DNA from: the human T2T-CHM13v2.0 reference genome, Homo sapiens
Length of the DNA: 64,000 bases
NCBI RefSeq assembly: GCF_009914755.1
Contig: NC_060947.1
Reading direction: 5' to 3' (one strand)
Shown: piece by piece, positions 1-13,853 of the stretch
Position numbering within the stretch: the first letter of the stretch is position 1
Layout of the letters: every line of letters begins with the position of its first letter
Notes under the pieces: generated by a model
Told to the model about the DNA's origin: nothing
Database searches by the model: none
Seen by the model: only the letters and a program-made list of their open reading frames with translations
Made by a program: the position numbers and the translations under genes

Positions 1-42
1 GACAGTTAATATATGTTGGTTGGATGCATGTGTGGGTATCTT

Positions 43-182
43 ATCTTTTTATCCTTTAAAAGACCTCACACGTAGATGAAAATTTTAAAATCATTAATTC
101 AATCATCAATTCAATTCAATCATCTTTTTATCCTTTAAAAGACCTCACACATTGATGAAAATTTTAAAATCATTAATTCAAT
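43..182. repeat. 61-bp direct duplication (43-103, 122-182) with 18-bp spacer
   Basis: atctttttatcctttaaaagacctcacac...tcattaattcaat occurs twice with 2 mismatches. Confidence 0.95.
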
Positions 183-1269
183 TGAAGAGGCCTTGTGATT
201 GACATGAGTATAAATTGGACCATTATTAACTTCAAACTAATTCTACTATGCCAGAAACCATGCCTGAAGTATTAAAACATCACGTTAAAAAACAAAAGAC
301 AAAAAAAAAACTTATCTAAAAAATTACATTAAATAAAATAGACCAAAGGTAAATCTTACTCAAGTTTTCAGGAAAAAAAAATTGTTTTCTATACTCTTTT
401 CTCACCTATTCTTCCTTGTCACAGAGAAGCAATTATTATATTAGACTTTCCTTTTTCAATGTGTAGATGACATCATATGATTTAAATTTTTTATGTATTT
501 CTCTTGCAAAAAATGTCATGAGAAAGTTTAAATATAAATAAAACATTTCTTTTGGAAATTTTATAATTCAAGCTAATTTAAAATTATGTAAACCTCTATC
601 TTTCATGTAATCTTCTTCCTTCTTTTAAAACAACATTTTTTTGGTGGTCATCTGTTCGGGAGAAAATGAAATTTTCTGTGGATAAGCAGATATTCTTCAC
701 GGAGAAAGCTAACATTCTGCATTCCTCTATTTTAAAAGTGGAAAACATAGTCCTGTTATTTGTATTTAGATGTATTTCTCACCAAAGAGTGCCAGGCTGG
801 ATTACAGAAGATCTATATTCTGATCTTGTCCTTTTTCTTTGCAAGCCTGAGGAATTGTCCAGACACAGAATTCCCTAGATCCCCAGATTTCTCACCTATA
901 ATATGAAGGGTTGAAAGAGAGGTCTCAATCGGCTTTGAATTTTCTGTTCTATACTTCTGCACCACCACTGTAGCACTGACAATTGCATGAAAATATTAAG
1001 CTCTATTATGTTTTCAGTACTATCCTTAGCTTCTTTAAAAAATTAGTCTAGCTGTGTTTGTAAATAAATGATGTCACTGGAAAAATGGTTTCATACCATT
1101 GTTGTCAATAGTTGAATGTGGCTTGCCCTCAGGAACAATGCATTCTTCAATAATATGGAGGATGGAAGGTGTATAAGGACTCAGATAGCTATTATTCTCA
1201 TTTGCCCATGATCCTTTCATATCCCCGCCTCTGGTTTAGCATTCTCTTTCTTCCAGGGGAATTTCTCCC

Positions 1270-2508
1270 CCATTCCATGCATTCTAGTAGAATTTTTTAT
1301 CACAGTAGATTGTCCTGCCCTGCCACAGAAATGGGCATTTGACACAGTGGCCACAAAGATTGGTCTAAGCAGTAGGCCTGTGACCCAAGGTAGGCCAATT
1401 AGAGTTTTCTGTAGAATTTTTTAGATTCAAAGTGTATGTGTGTGGGGGGGATGACTCTTCTTGAATTTTATATTAGGATGCATGCCAGAAATTGTTGAAA
1501 GGTCTTTAATGTACCATGTACAGGAAGCTTGCCTTTAGTAGGAGAGAATGGGACCATTACACAAGGAGAAGCAGAGATAGCAAAGATGAAGGATAGACGG
1601 AAAGCCAGAGGGCACCAAGTTCTTGGTTACAGGCCCTGATTCTGAACTTCTAGACTCTTACATTTGCCTGTTGAGATTTGTTCCTCTTTGTTTCATCATC
1701 CCTGGTTCTTTGACTTCATAATTCCCAATCTTTACTTTTGTAGGATACCAAAAATATGCCACCCGAAAATATGACTGTAGGAAACCAGAATATGCCACCC
1801 CAAAATATGACTCTTTGGCATAGGGATTATTTTGAGCTGATTATTTTGAGAAACTGCAGACACAGGAGAAGCTCTGAAAACAGAGTAGAAGTTACAGATT
1901 TGTAAGGGAAATTTACATCTATAAAAGAAATATCCATTTGTAAGGGTGTTTCCCTCTTTCTACCAGAAAGAAAAGAATGACTAAATCACTAGATACTCTT
2001 ATCAATGGAGAAGGCACTAACTTAAATCTGCATAACAAACTTTGCTTTTGTTTATCAGACTTTTCCTGATTATTTCCTCAAAACCGGCCTTTTCTATACC
2101 CTTCTTTGTTTCAGTGGAGGTTGGTATTTAAGCCTGAATTCAAGGCTACCTCTTAGAAATTTACCCATTTTTTCTGAGTGTCTCCTGTGTATACATGAGG
2201 TCCACATGTTTAAAAAAAAAACAAAAAAACTTCTGTTTGTTTTTCTCTTCTTAATCTGTCTTTTGTTACAGGGGTCTACCCCAACTAAGCACTATGAGTA
2301 GTAGAAAGAAAATTATTTTTTATCTTCCACAGTTCATATGCCCTAGCTCTGACAACTCCTTGGTGTTGACTTTTATATCTACTCATTAAGTTCTGTGAGC
2401 TATCCCAGAATCTTCTTAGCTAGGTGAACTAATAAATCCCTTTTCTTGTTTATGATAGTTTGATTTGGATTTTAGTTTTTTTTGCAGTGAAAAGAGTCTT
2501 GGCTGATA
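1270..2508 (+). mobile_element. Old ERVL-type LTR (LTR33-like), interrupted by a MER34-like LTR
   Basis: gattggtc...gcctgtgacccaaggtaggccaattagag motif; 3' part aataaatcccttttcttgtt...ttggctgatac resumes after ~2330; boundaries approximate. Confidence 0.5.
1739..2330 (+). mobile_element. ERV1-class solo LTR, MER34 family
   Basis: Starts tgtaggataccaaaaatatgccacc..aaaatatgact, then ggattattttgagctgattattttgagaaactgcagac; ends ...cttccaca. Confidence 0.75.
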
Positions 2509-3128
2509 CTCAATATGAATGAGTAAGTGGTCTTGAGACAACTGAGAGTGAAACAAAAACATTTTTATAGGCCACTAATTAGAAGCCTAGTCTTTAAAGC
2601 CACCACTACGTAGCTACTCATGTGTTCTGAAATTACCTCATCATTGTGTCTAGGAAATAAAGGGTATGTGTGTTGAGGGGTGGGGAACTTGTTCTTGGAA
2701 TGATTCATGGATAAGTGTCTATTGATGTTGTTGATACCATTAATGGCTTCAGTTTCATGATCTTTTCATGTCATCTTGCCAACACAACAATAATGAGCAA
2801 ATATCTACCTAGATTTCCAAAGTCCTCATATGGTTTTCTATTACTCTATCAAATGGAGCCCTATAACCTATTCAAACAGAAGGATTTAACTCTATACTCC
2901 TCTTTCTAGACTTTTTGACTCTTATTATTTGCCTGTTAGGACCTGTTCCTCATATCTTCATCATCCCTGGTTCCTTAGTTCTTGCTTTGGGTTCCTTGGC
3001 TTTGATAACCTGTTTTGGACATGTTTCTCTATCCTGATGCTGACGCTTTCCTCACCTCCTAGCCCATAAGGGGAATCCACCTTTCCATTAACCAACACAC
3101 CAGGAGAATGACATCTGGCAGTGTAAAA

Positions 3129-3612
3129 TGTAATTGCCCAACAGGTTTGTCCTGCACTTTGCATGGACAAAATCAATTCACTGAGACTGTGGCATTGCAG
3201 TAAAGAAAGATTTTAGGCCAGGTGCGGTGGCTCATGGCTGTAATCCCAGCATTTTGGGAGGCCGAGCTGGGTGGATCACGAGGTCAGGCAATCGAGACCA
3301 TCCTGGCTAACATGGTGAAACCCTGCCTCTACTAAAAATACACAAAAAATTAGCCTGGCGTGGTGGCGGGCACCCGTCATCCCAGTTACTCAGGAGGCTG
3401 AGGCAGGAGAATGACGTGAACCCGGGAGGTGGAGCTTGCAGTGAACCAAGATCGCGCCACTGCGCTCCAGCCTGGGTGACAGAGCGAGACTCCGTCTCAA
3501 AAAAAAAAAAAAAAAAAAAAAGAAAGATTTTAACTGACATGAGGCTGGCCATGATAGAGATGGAGTTATCACTCAAATCAGTCTCCCTGAAGGCTCAGAG
3601 GTTAGGGTTTTT
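3129..3612 (-). mobile_element. Partial LTR8-like LTR (duplicated 3' portion, contains AluY)
   Basis: Same sequence as 9693-10164 of the complete LTR8-like element. Confidence 0.75.
3216..3521 (+). mobile_element. AluY-like SINE (copy 1)
   Basis: gatcacgaggtcagg, ctggctaaca, gtgaacccgggaggtggagcttgcag diagnostics; poly(A); TSD aaagaaagatttta. Confidence 0.93.
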
Positions 3613-4023
3613 TTTCACTTGCGTCCGTGTGAAGAGACCACCAAACAGGCTTTGTGTGAGCAATAAAGCTGTTTATTTCACCTGGGTGCAGGTGGGCTGA
3701 GTCCGAAAAGAGTCAGCGAAGGGAGATGGGGGTGGGGCCGTTTCATAGGATTTGGGTAGATAAAGGAAAATTACAGTCAAAGGGGGGTTGTTCTCTGGCA
3801 GGCAGAGTAGGGGTCACAGGGTGCTCAGTTGGGGAGCTTTTTGAGCCAGGATGAGCCAGGAGAAGGAATTTCACAAGACAATGTCATCAGTTAAGGAGGA
3901 ACAGGCCATTTTCACTTCTTTTGTGGTGGAATGTCATCAGTTAAGGCAGGAACCAGCCATCTGGATGTGTACGTGCAGGTCACAGGGGATATGATGGCTT
4001 AGCTTGGGCTCAGAGGCCTGACA
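3613..4023 (-). mobile_element. HERV-H 3' LTR (LTR7)
   Basis: Minus strand TGTCAGGCCTCTGAGCCCAAGCTAAGCC...GGACGCAAGTGAAA; AATAAA at 3672-3677 (minus). Confidence 0.96.
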
Positions 4024-4036
4024 TTCCTGTCTTCTT
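4024..4036 (-). other. Polypurine tract of HERV-H
   Basis: Minus strand AAGAAGACAGGAA immediately before the 3' LTR. Confidence 0.85.
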
Positions 4037-5789
4037 ATATTAATAAGAAAAATAAAACAAAATAGTGGTAAAGTGTTGGGACGGTGAAAATTTTGGGGGG
4101 TGGTATGGAGAGATAATGGGCGATGTTTTTCAGGGCTGCTTTGAACAGGATTAGGGGCGGCATGGGAACTTAGAGTGGGAGTGGGAGAGATTAAGCTGAA
4201 GGAAGATTTTGTGGTAAGGGGTGATATTGTGGGACTGTTAGAAGAAACATTTGTCATTTAGAATTATTGGTGATGGCCTGGATAGTTTTGTATGAATTGA
4301 AAAACTAAACAGAATAAGAGAAGGAGAAAAACAGGTATTAAAGGTCTAAGAATTGGGAGGACCTAGGACATCTAATTAGAGAGTGCCTAAGGAGGCTCAG
4401 CATAGTCCTGTCAGCAAAGATTATTTATTTACTTCAAGAGTTAAGAGTGGTAGTTTGAGGATAGCACCAGGAGATATCAGCTGTGATGGCTTGGAGAAAC
4501 AGTGTAAACCGGCAGTGTAAACAAGAGCAGGGCACGTATGAGTAGTTGAGAACGGTGAATAGGAGTATGACTAGACAGAAGATAGTAGGGATGACAAGTT
4601 TTTTGGGGCACAGTCCAAGTTGGTCTGGTGTCTGGAATGAGACTGGGGCCTAATAAAAAGGAGCATCTATACAGGAGCTCAAATGGGCTGTACCCTGTAG
4701 CATTCTGAGGACAGGTCTGACTTCTGAGAAGGGAAAGTGGTAAAAGTATTGTCCAGTCCTTTTTAAGTTGGTGGCTGAGCTTGGTGAGGTGTGTTTTTAA
4801 AAGACCTTTAGTCCGTTCTACTTTTCCTGAAGACGGAGGACCGTAAGGGATATAAAGGTTTCACTGAATACTAATAGCCTGAAAAATTGCTTGGCTGATT
4901 TGACTAATAAAGGCTGGTCTGTTATCAGACTGTATAGAGGTGGGAAGGCTAAACTGAGGAATTATGTCTGACAGAAGGGAAGAAATGACTGCGGTGGCCT
5001 TCTCAGACCTTGTAGGAAAGGCCTGTACTTATCTAGTGAAAGTGTCTACTTAGACTAAGAGGTATTTTAGTTATCTGACTCGGGGCATGTTGAGTAAAGC
5101 TAATTTGCCAGTCCTGGGTGGGGGCAAATCCTGGAGCTTGATGTGTAGGGAAGGGAGGGGGCCTGAATAATCCCTGAGGAGTAGTAGAATAGCAGATGGA
5201 ACACTGAGAAGTTATTTCCTTGAGGATAGATTTCCATGATGGAAAGAAAATGAGAGGTTCTAAGAGGCGGGCTAGTGGCTTGTACTATAGCATAGCCTGC
5301 CTTTGCTGGTGTGTGGCGATTAGGCCTGGTGGAACTGCCATCAATAAATCAAGCGTGATCAGGGTGAGGAACAGGAAAGTAGGAAATATGGGGAAATGGG
5401 GTGAATGTCAGGTGGTTCAAAGAGATACAGTCATGGGGGTCAGGTGTGGTATCAGGAATAATGTGGGAGGCCAGATTGAAGTCCGGGCCAGGAACAATGG
5501 TAATTGTGGGACTTAACAAAGAGTGAGTACAGCTGAAGGAGCCGGGGAGCAGTAAGTATATGCGTCAGGTGTGAGGAAGAAAATAGATTTTGGAAGTTAT
5601 GAGAAATGTAGAGAGTGAGTTGAACATAGTTTATGATTTTGAGGGCCTCTAAAAGTATTAAAGCAGCGGCAGCCACTGCACGCAGACATGAGGGCTAGGC
5701 TAAAACAGTAAGGTCAAGTTGTTTGGACAGAAAGGCTACAGGGAGTGGTCCTGGCTCTTGTGTAAGAATTCTGACCGCACTAACCATGC

Positions 5790-6404
5790 CTAGGAAGGAA
5801 AGGAGTTGTTGTTTTGTAAGGGATTGAGGTTTGGGAGATTAATGGAGATGATCGGCAGGGAGAGCACGTGAGTTTTTATGAGAATTATGCTGAGATAGGC
5901 AACAGATGAGGAAGAAATTTGGGCTTGACTGAAGCAATGGGGGCTGTCTGTGAAGCTTTGCGGCAGTACAGCCCAGGTAATTTGCTGAGCCTGATGGGTG
6001 TCACGGTCAGTCCAAGTGAAAGCGAAGAGAGGCTGGGATGACGGGTGCAAAGGAATAGTAAAGAAAGCATATTTGAGATCCAGAACAGAATAATGGATTG
6101 TGGAGGGAGGCATTGAGGATAGGAGAGTACATGGGTTTGGCACCATGGGGTGGATAGGCAAAACAATTTGGCTGATAAGGCGCAGATTCTGAACTAACCT
6201 GTAAGCCTTGTCTGGTTTTAGGACAGGTAAAATGGGGGAATGGTAAGGAGAGTTTATGGGCCTTAAAAGGCCATGCTGTAGCAGGCGAGTGATAACAGGC
6301 TTTAATCCTTTCAAAGCATGCTGTGGGATGGGATATTGGCATTGATCGGGGTAAGGGTGATTAGGTTTTAATGAGATGGTAAGGGGTGCATGATCGGTCA
6401 CCAA
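5790..6404 (-). pseudogene. pol: HERV-H pol remnant (RT N-terminal part)
   Basis: ORF with PYHSPILPVLKP, YRLVQNLR, YSVLDLKYAFFTIPL, WAVLPQSFTDSP; breaks off before the YxDD motif. Confidence 0.9.
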
Positions 6405-6519
6405 GGAGGGAGTAGAGGTATCTTATACTTGTGGGTTAAGGTGGGGAGATACAAGAGGAGGACACAAAGGAGGCTTTGGATTGGGAAGAAGGGCAGCAAT
6501 GAGATGTAGCTGTAGTCCA

Positions 6520-6811
6520 GGAATAGTCAGGGAAGCAGATAATTTAGTTAAAGTGTCTCGGCCTAATAAGGGAACTGCGCAGGTGGGGATAACTAAAAGG
6601 AGTGCTTAAAAGAGTATTGTCTAAGTTGGCACCAGAGTTGGGGAGTTTTAAGAGGTTTAGAAGCCTGGCTGTCAATACCCACAACAGTTATGGAGGCAAG
6701 GGAAACAGGCCCTTGAAAATAAGGTAATGTGGAGTGGGTAGCCTCCGTATTGATTAAGAAGGGGACGGACTTACTTTCCACTGTGAGAGTTACGTGAAGC
6801 TCAGCGTCCAT
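6520..6811 (-). pseudogene. pro: HERV-H protease remnant
   Basis: VPFLINTEATHSTL (catalytic DTG replaced by NTE), VVGIDSQ flap; premature stop. Confidence 0.85.
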
Positions 6812-6861
6812 TATGCTCTAGGGGGCTTCTGAGGCAATCGGGCAGCGTCAGTCTTCAGCCG

Positions 6862-7900
6862 CTAAGCCAAGAAGATCTGGGAAGCAGTCAGAGAGCCTTG
6901 GGCCAGAGTTCCAGGGGCTCTGGGAGTGGCTGCCAGGTGAGTTGGACAGTCCGATTTCCAGTGGGGTCCCGCACAGATGGGACGCAGCTTAGGAGGAATC
7001 CCGGGCTGCAGGCATTCCTTGGCCTGGTGGCCAGATTTCTGGCACTTGTAGCAAGCTCCTGGGGGAGGAGGTTCTGGAGGAACGCCTGGCCACTGCGGTT
7101 CAGACATTTGGAAGTTCTTGTGTGCTGGAGATGTGGCTGGGGTTTGTCTCACCGTGGAGGCAAGGAATTGCAACTTTTTTCTATTGTTGTACACCTTGAA
7201 GGCGAGGTTAATTAAATCCTGTTGTGGGGTTTGAGGGCCGGAATTTAATTTTTGGAGTTTTATTTAATGTCGGGAGCAGATTGGGTAATAAAATGTATTT
7301 TGAGAATAAGATGGCCTTTTGACCTTTTAGGGTCTAGGGCTGTAAAGTGTCTCAGGGTTGCTGCCAAAGGAGCCATGAACTGGGCTGGGTTTTTATATTT
7401 GATGAAAAAGAGCCTAAACGCTATCTGATTTGGGATAAAGAAAAAGGAGCATTAACCTTGACTATGCCTTTAGCTCCAGCCACCTTTTTAAGAGTAAAGT
7501 ACCAGGCAGGTTGGGGAGGACTAGTCACGGAATGAAACTGTAAGCCGGACTGGGTGTGAGGAGGGGAGGTGATGAAAGGATTTTAGGGTGGAGGAGCGGA
7601 GGCTGAGGAAGAATTGGGACCTAGCTAGGCCTGGAGAGGAGGGGAGAGGTCAGATAGGTCTGTAGAAAAGGAAGATTAGAAAGACTCAGCAACACTTGGG
7701 GTTGGGACTGAGGGGACAGGTGGGAGGGAAAGAAGGAAGATTTGGGATGAGTTGCATTGGGAACAGAGACTAGAGAGGGACCGATGTGTAAAAGAATGCC
7801 TGGACGTCAGGCACCTCAGACCATTTGCCCATTTTACGACAAGAATTATTTAGATCTTGTAGGATGGAAAAATTGAAAGTGCTGTTTTCCGGCTATTTGG
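6862..7900 (-). pseudogene. gag: HERV-H gag remnant (nucleocapsid end visible)
   Basis: CYKCQKSGHQAKEC CCHC knuckle and degenerate second knuckle RPICAGPHWKSDC; upstream part broken; upstream boundary approximate. Confidence 0.8.
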
Positions 7901-8139
7901 AACTACTGTCGAGTTTGTATTGGGGTCAAGTGGCATTGCAGAAGAAAATAAGACGCTTAGATTTTAGGTCAGGTGAGAGTTGAAGAGGTTTTAAGTTTTT
8001 GAGGACACAGGCTAAGGGAGAAGAAGGAGGAATGGAGGGTGGAAGGTTGCCCATAGTGAAGGAAGCAAGCCTAGAGAAAAGAAAGAGTAGAGACACAGAG
8101 GGAAGGGGTTCGGGGGTTCTTACCTTCCAGAAAAGCGGG

Positions 8140-8325
8140 AAAGGGGTTGGGTCGTGGAAATAAGGGGTTGGGGTGCAGAGATAAGAGGTCGGGGCATGGA
8201 AATAAGGGATTGGGGCACAGAGATATAAGAGGTTGGGGTGCAGAAATAAGGGATTGGGCCACAGAGATAAGAGGTCGGGGCGTGGAAATAAGGGACTGGG
8301 GCACAGAGATACGAGGTTGGGGTAC
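8140..8325. repeat. G-rich ~20-22 bp tandem array in HERV-H leader
   Basis: Alternating gaaataaggg(g/a)ttgggg.. and gagataagaggtcgggg.. units, about 8 copies. Confidence 0.85.
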
Positions 8326-8762
8326 TTGCTCCTCTAGAAAAGCGGACTTGCCACTCAGGGTGAAGGAGAAGGGGTTGGGTGTTTCTTGCCCCCCAGAAAG
8401 GCGGAGAAGGGGTAGAGACACAGAGAGAAGGGGTTGGGGTACTTGCCCCTTCCCCAGAAAAGCGGGACTTGCCGCTAAGGGTGAAGGACCAAGGCAGGCG
8501 TCCCTGCGTGGTCTGACACCTCTGAAACCTGGGTGAATAATCAGAGAGGTGTCCCTGCAATGATTAAACACTAAGGGAAGGCTGCCTTCCCTAGTCCGTG
8601 ACTGGTGCCGGAGTTTTGGGTCCACGGATAAAACGTGTCTCCTTTGTCTCTACCAGAAAATGAAAGGAATTGAAATTAAGAGAAGGGAGAGATTGAAGAG
8701 TGGAAAGGAGAAAGTGGTTGAGGGACAGTGAGAGAGGTTGGAGAACAGAGTAAGAAGAGTCC

Positions 8763-8771
8763 GCTTACCCG
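8763..8771 (-). promoter_or_regulatory. HERV-H major splice donor
   Basis: Minus strand CGG|GTAAGC ~145 nt downstream of the 5' LTR, the usual position of the HERV-H leader donor. Confidence 0.7.
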
Positions 8772-8894
8772 ATTTAAAATTGGTGAGATGTTCCTTGGGC
8801 TGGTCGGTCTGAGGACCTGAGGCCGTAGGTGGATCTTTCTCATGGAGCAAAGAACAGGAGGACAGGGGATTGATCTCCCAAGGGAGGTCCCCCG

Positions 8895-8912
8895 ATCTGA
8901 GTCACAGCACCA
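8895..8912 (-). other. Primer-binding site, tRNA-His
   Basis: Minus strand TGGTGCTGTGACTCAGAT; 16/18 match to TGGTGCCGTGACTCGGAT, both changes at CpGs. Confidence 0.93.
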
Positions 8913-8914
8913 AA

Positions 8915-9315
8915 TTTCATGTGCGTCCATGTGAAGAGACCACCAAACAGGCTTTGTGTGAATAATAAAGCTTTTAATCACCTGGGTGCAGGCGGGCTGA
9001 GTCTGAAAAGAGAGTCAGCAAAGGGAGATGGGTTGGGGCCATTTTATAGGATTTGGGTAGGTAAAGGAAAAAGGGGGGTTGTTCTCTGGCGGGCAGGAGT
9101 GGGGGTCACAAGGTACTCAGTGGGGGAGCTTTTGAGCCAGGATGAGCCAGGAGAAGGAATTTCACAAGACAATGTCATCAGTTAAGGCAGGAACAGGCTA
9201 TTTTCACTTCTTTTGTGGTGGAATGTCATCAGTTAAGGCAGGAACCGGCGATCTGGATGTGTACGTGCAAATCACAGGGGATATGATGGCTTAGCTTGGG
9301 CTCAGAGGCCTGACA
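8915..9315 (-). mobile_element. HERV-H 5' LTR (LTR7), promoter pointing to lower coordinates
   Basis: Adjacent to PBS; TATAAAA at 9042-9048 (minus); ATTAAA at 8973-8978 (minus). Confidence 0.96.
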
Positions 9316-10728
<1,413 letters not shown>

Positions 10729-11231
10729 AAAAGATGGTATCTTATTGGGCAGGATTTTATTGGCCTAAATCAAAACTGCTTATCACATCCAGGCGCTCTT
10801 TCTGACCTTCTGGAAAACAGTAAGTTATCCTTAAGATTGCATGATGAGATCATTTACCTACCTCTTCTGTTTTCTCTTTGCCCAAGAGCTTAGCTTGGCT
10901 TCTATTCCCTCTCCTCCCTCTTCTCCTTCCCCATGCTGAGAGCGACCTTATTTCTGGACCATAAATGCCCTGACTCAGGGACAGAGTAAAAATGGACAAG
11001 TAAGTGGGGAGATAAACAGCGAGGAAAATATTACGGGAATATCAGCCTGTCTGTAAAATGCTCTTATGCAAAACATGGTACCCTTTACTCAGGGAGAGAG
11101 GGGAGGCTCTTGATTACCTCAAAATACCAAATTAGTGAGGTTTTATTTATTTTTTATTTTTTATTTTTCCCCAATGAGGAGGATTATTTAAGGGAGTTGT
11201 AAAAACTTAATAAAAGATCTCACACACACTT

Positions 11232-11553
<322 letters not shown>

Positions 11554-13853
11554 TCACACACATTCAACAGAGTTGAAAGATCATACATTGGTCTTTCAGT
11601 TTTCTCTGAGGTGAACAAAACGAAATAAAACTAGCTACAGAACCATGTGGGAGAGAAAGGTACAGAGGTTCCTTTGTTCTCCACATTAGTTCAGATTAAT
11701 CCATTGATGAAAAAAATAGCCTTTGCACTTTCAAAAAGGAGGGTATAGTAATTTGAGATTGTCATTTTAGTTCTTTTGATCTTTTCAAATCCCCCCAAGG
11801 CTCTCTCCTACCTCTTCCTAAGTTAACCAGAACCATGTTCACCTGGCAGCTGTGAATATTAGATCTTTGGAAACCTGCCCGGCCACCCACTTTCCAGCTT
11901 CCTCTGAAGTTTAAGGATATTGCTCATTAAGAAAAAATAAAATAATATAAAAATTTCTTGAATGTTGGCTAGATTCTCAGCAAGTAATAAAGTAATATAC
12001 AGAAATCTAAAAAGAGATACTCAGGAGAATCACTAAGTCAAGTAAAGATATTTCAAAATGAAGTTTAAAGTAAATCTGTTAGAAAATAACACGAATATTT
12101 GGCGAATTCTATAGAAATTGTAGTAATTTAAGGAACTGACTTTATGGGTATTCTGAAACATGCAGAACACATAGCTTGTCTTTTATACTCATAATTCCTC
12201 TGTACAATGGCTTGAGAAAGCAATTATGAAATTTCCACTTGGGATCCCCATGGCTCCAGTCGTTGTTTCTGGGAACAGCTTTTGATTTTCCATCTTAATG
12301 ATGCTGATGGTACAATAAAAGAAAGAACTTTCTTCTCTCCTTGACACTTCAGAAAACATTTTTGCTCTTGTAACACATTATTTCTTACATTTTCTTTTTA
12401 TAATTTATCTTCCAGAATTTTCAAAGCTTTTTTGATTGAAAAATAATATAAGGGAAATATTATTAAAAATAAAACATAACTCTCCATAAATTACTATATT
12501 AACAAAACAATTTGGTTCACATTTTGTGAGTTTTGTTTCTGTCTTTGTTCATATTCATACACACACATTTTATACAATGCTTTAGAAAGCACATGACATT
12601 TGCATATCTGCCCTTTTCACTTAACCTTTTATTATAAATTTTAAATAATACATAGATGATATCAAGATCTATAATCAATATTTTAAAATTCCTATTGTTA
12701 GACATTTTGGATGTCTGTATATTTTGCTGTTCTAATGTTTAGTAGGAACTCTTAAAAATCTGGAGCCAGACCAACTGGAGGGGAAGTTGGCATCTAGCAT
12801 CCTTGATAGTCCTACAGAACTAACCCTACTCCTTACCTGCGTCTCGCCTCTAAATATTTTAGACAATGTCTTCTATCTATAATATTTGTGACTATCTACA
12901 GTAATTTTGTATAGTCCCCTGCAATAGATCATGGCCAAGGTAACTAAAATGTTCATTACATCATAGTGGTTTTCAAACTGGTCTCTGAAGACCCTTAAAA
13001 AGGCTTCCACTAGAAGGGGTGGAGTGAGTGGTTGGGGCTCTGAATCCCTACCTCAGCTCCGACTGGAGCCGTTCTGTTTTATTGGGGCCTAGTGTTAAAC
13101 AAAATTTGAATACAACTGGTTTAGATCAACAAGGTTCAATGTGGTGACAAGTGTACACAAGTGGGTGTCACTGAAGTATTTGAGGGTTCAAAGACCTCAT
13201 GGTGAAATGGGGTATTTTTCACCGAGTCAAACTTGGATAGCCGTCTAGAGTGTGGTCCTTCTTGAAGACTCAAGGCCCTGGGCATAGTTTATGTCTCAGA
13301 GATATGAGACATGTCCTGAATTGAAGAGACAGCCTGCTCTCTGGTGTCTCATTTTTGCTTTCCTACAGGCCATTATTCAAAGTGTAGCCAGACAGATCTT
13401 ACTGAAGGTTTTTAAAGGCAAAGCCAATCAGGTAACTTCCCTGCTCAAATCAAGCTTCTTAATAAGCTCTGCACTGCCCAGGAGAATCTGGTTCTTGTTT
13501 TCCTCCCTATCTTCATTTCAACTCACTTGTACTCAACTTTACTACATTCTAGCCCAAGTGCTGTCCAGTGGAAACAGAATATGAGCCGTATATGTCATTT
13601 TATCTTTTCCAGGAGCCACATTGAAAAAAATAAAAAGAAACAAGTGGAATTAATTTTAGTAATATATTTTATTTAACCCAATATATCCAAAATATTTTTA
13701 TTGCAATATGTAATCAATATACAAAACTATTAAAGAGATGTTTTACATTCTTTTTTCATACTAAGGCTTGAAAATCCAGGGGGTATTTTAAATTTGTAGC
13801 AAGCTCATCTTAATTCAGATGCTAATTTTTCACCTATTGTATTTTATTTATAT

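Larger units (their letters stand above)
2752..3612 (+). repeat. Left copy (861 bp) of host-DNA duplication flanking HERV-H
   Basis: Aligns end to end with 9316-10164; ends exactly where the 3' LTR begins. Confidence 0.97.
3613..9315 (-). mobile_element. HERV-H provirus, common internally deleted ~5.7 kb form
   Basis: Two LTR7s, tRNA-His PBS, PPT, decayed gag/pro/pol; no env ORF. Confidence 0.97.

Noticed and set aside
1748-1812. Repeated aatatgccacc..aaaatatgact at LTR start
   Set aside because: As I recall, this doubled head is part of the MER34-family consensus rather than locus-specific.
5790-7194. HERV-H gag/pro/pol as functional genes
   Set aside because: Fragmented ORFs, protease lacks the catalytic Asp, RT lacks YxDD, no env ORF.
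8071-8625. 184, 146 and 129 aa ORFs in the HERV-H leader
   Set aside because: Open in several frames because of the low-complexity tandem array; no protein family signature.
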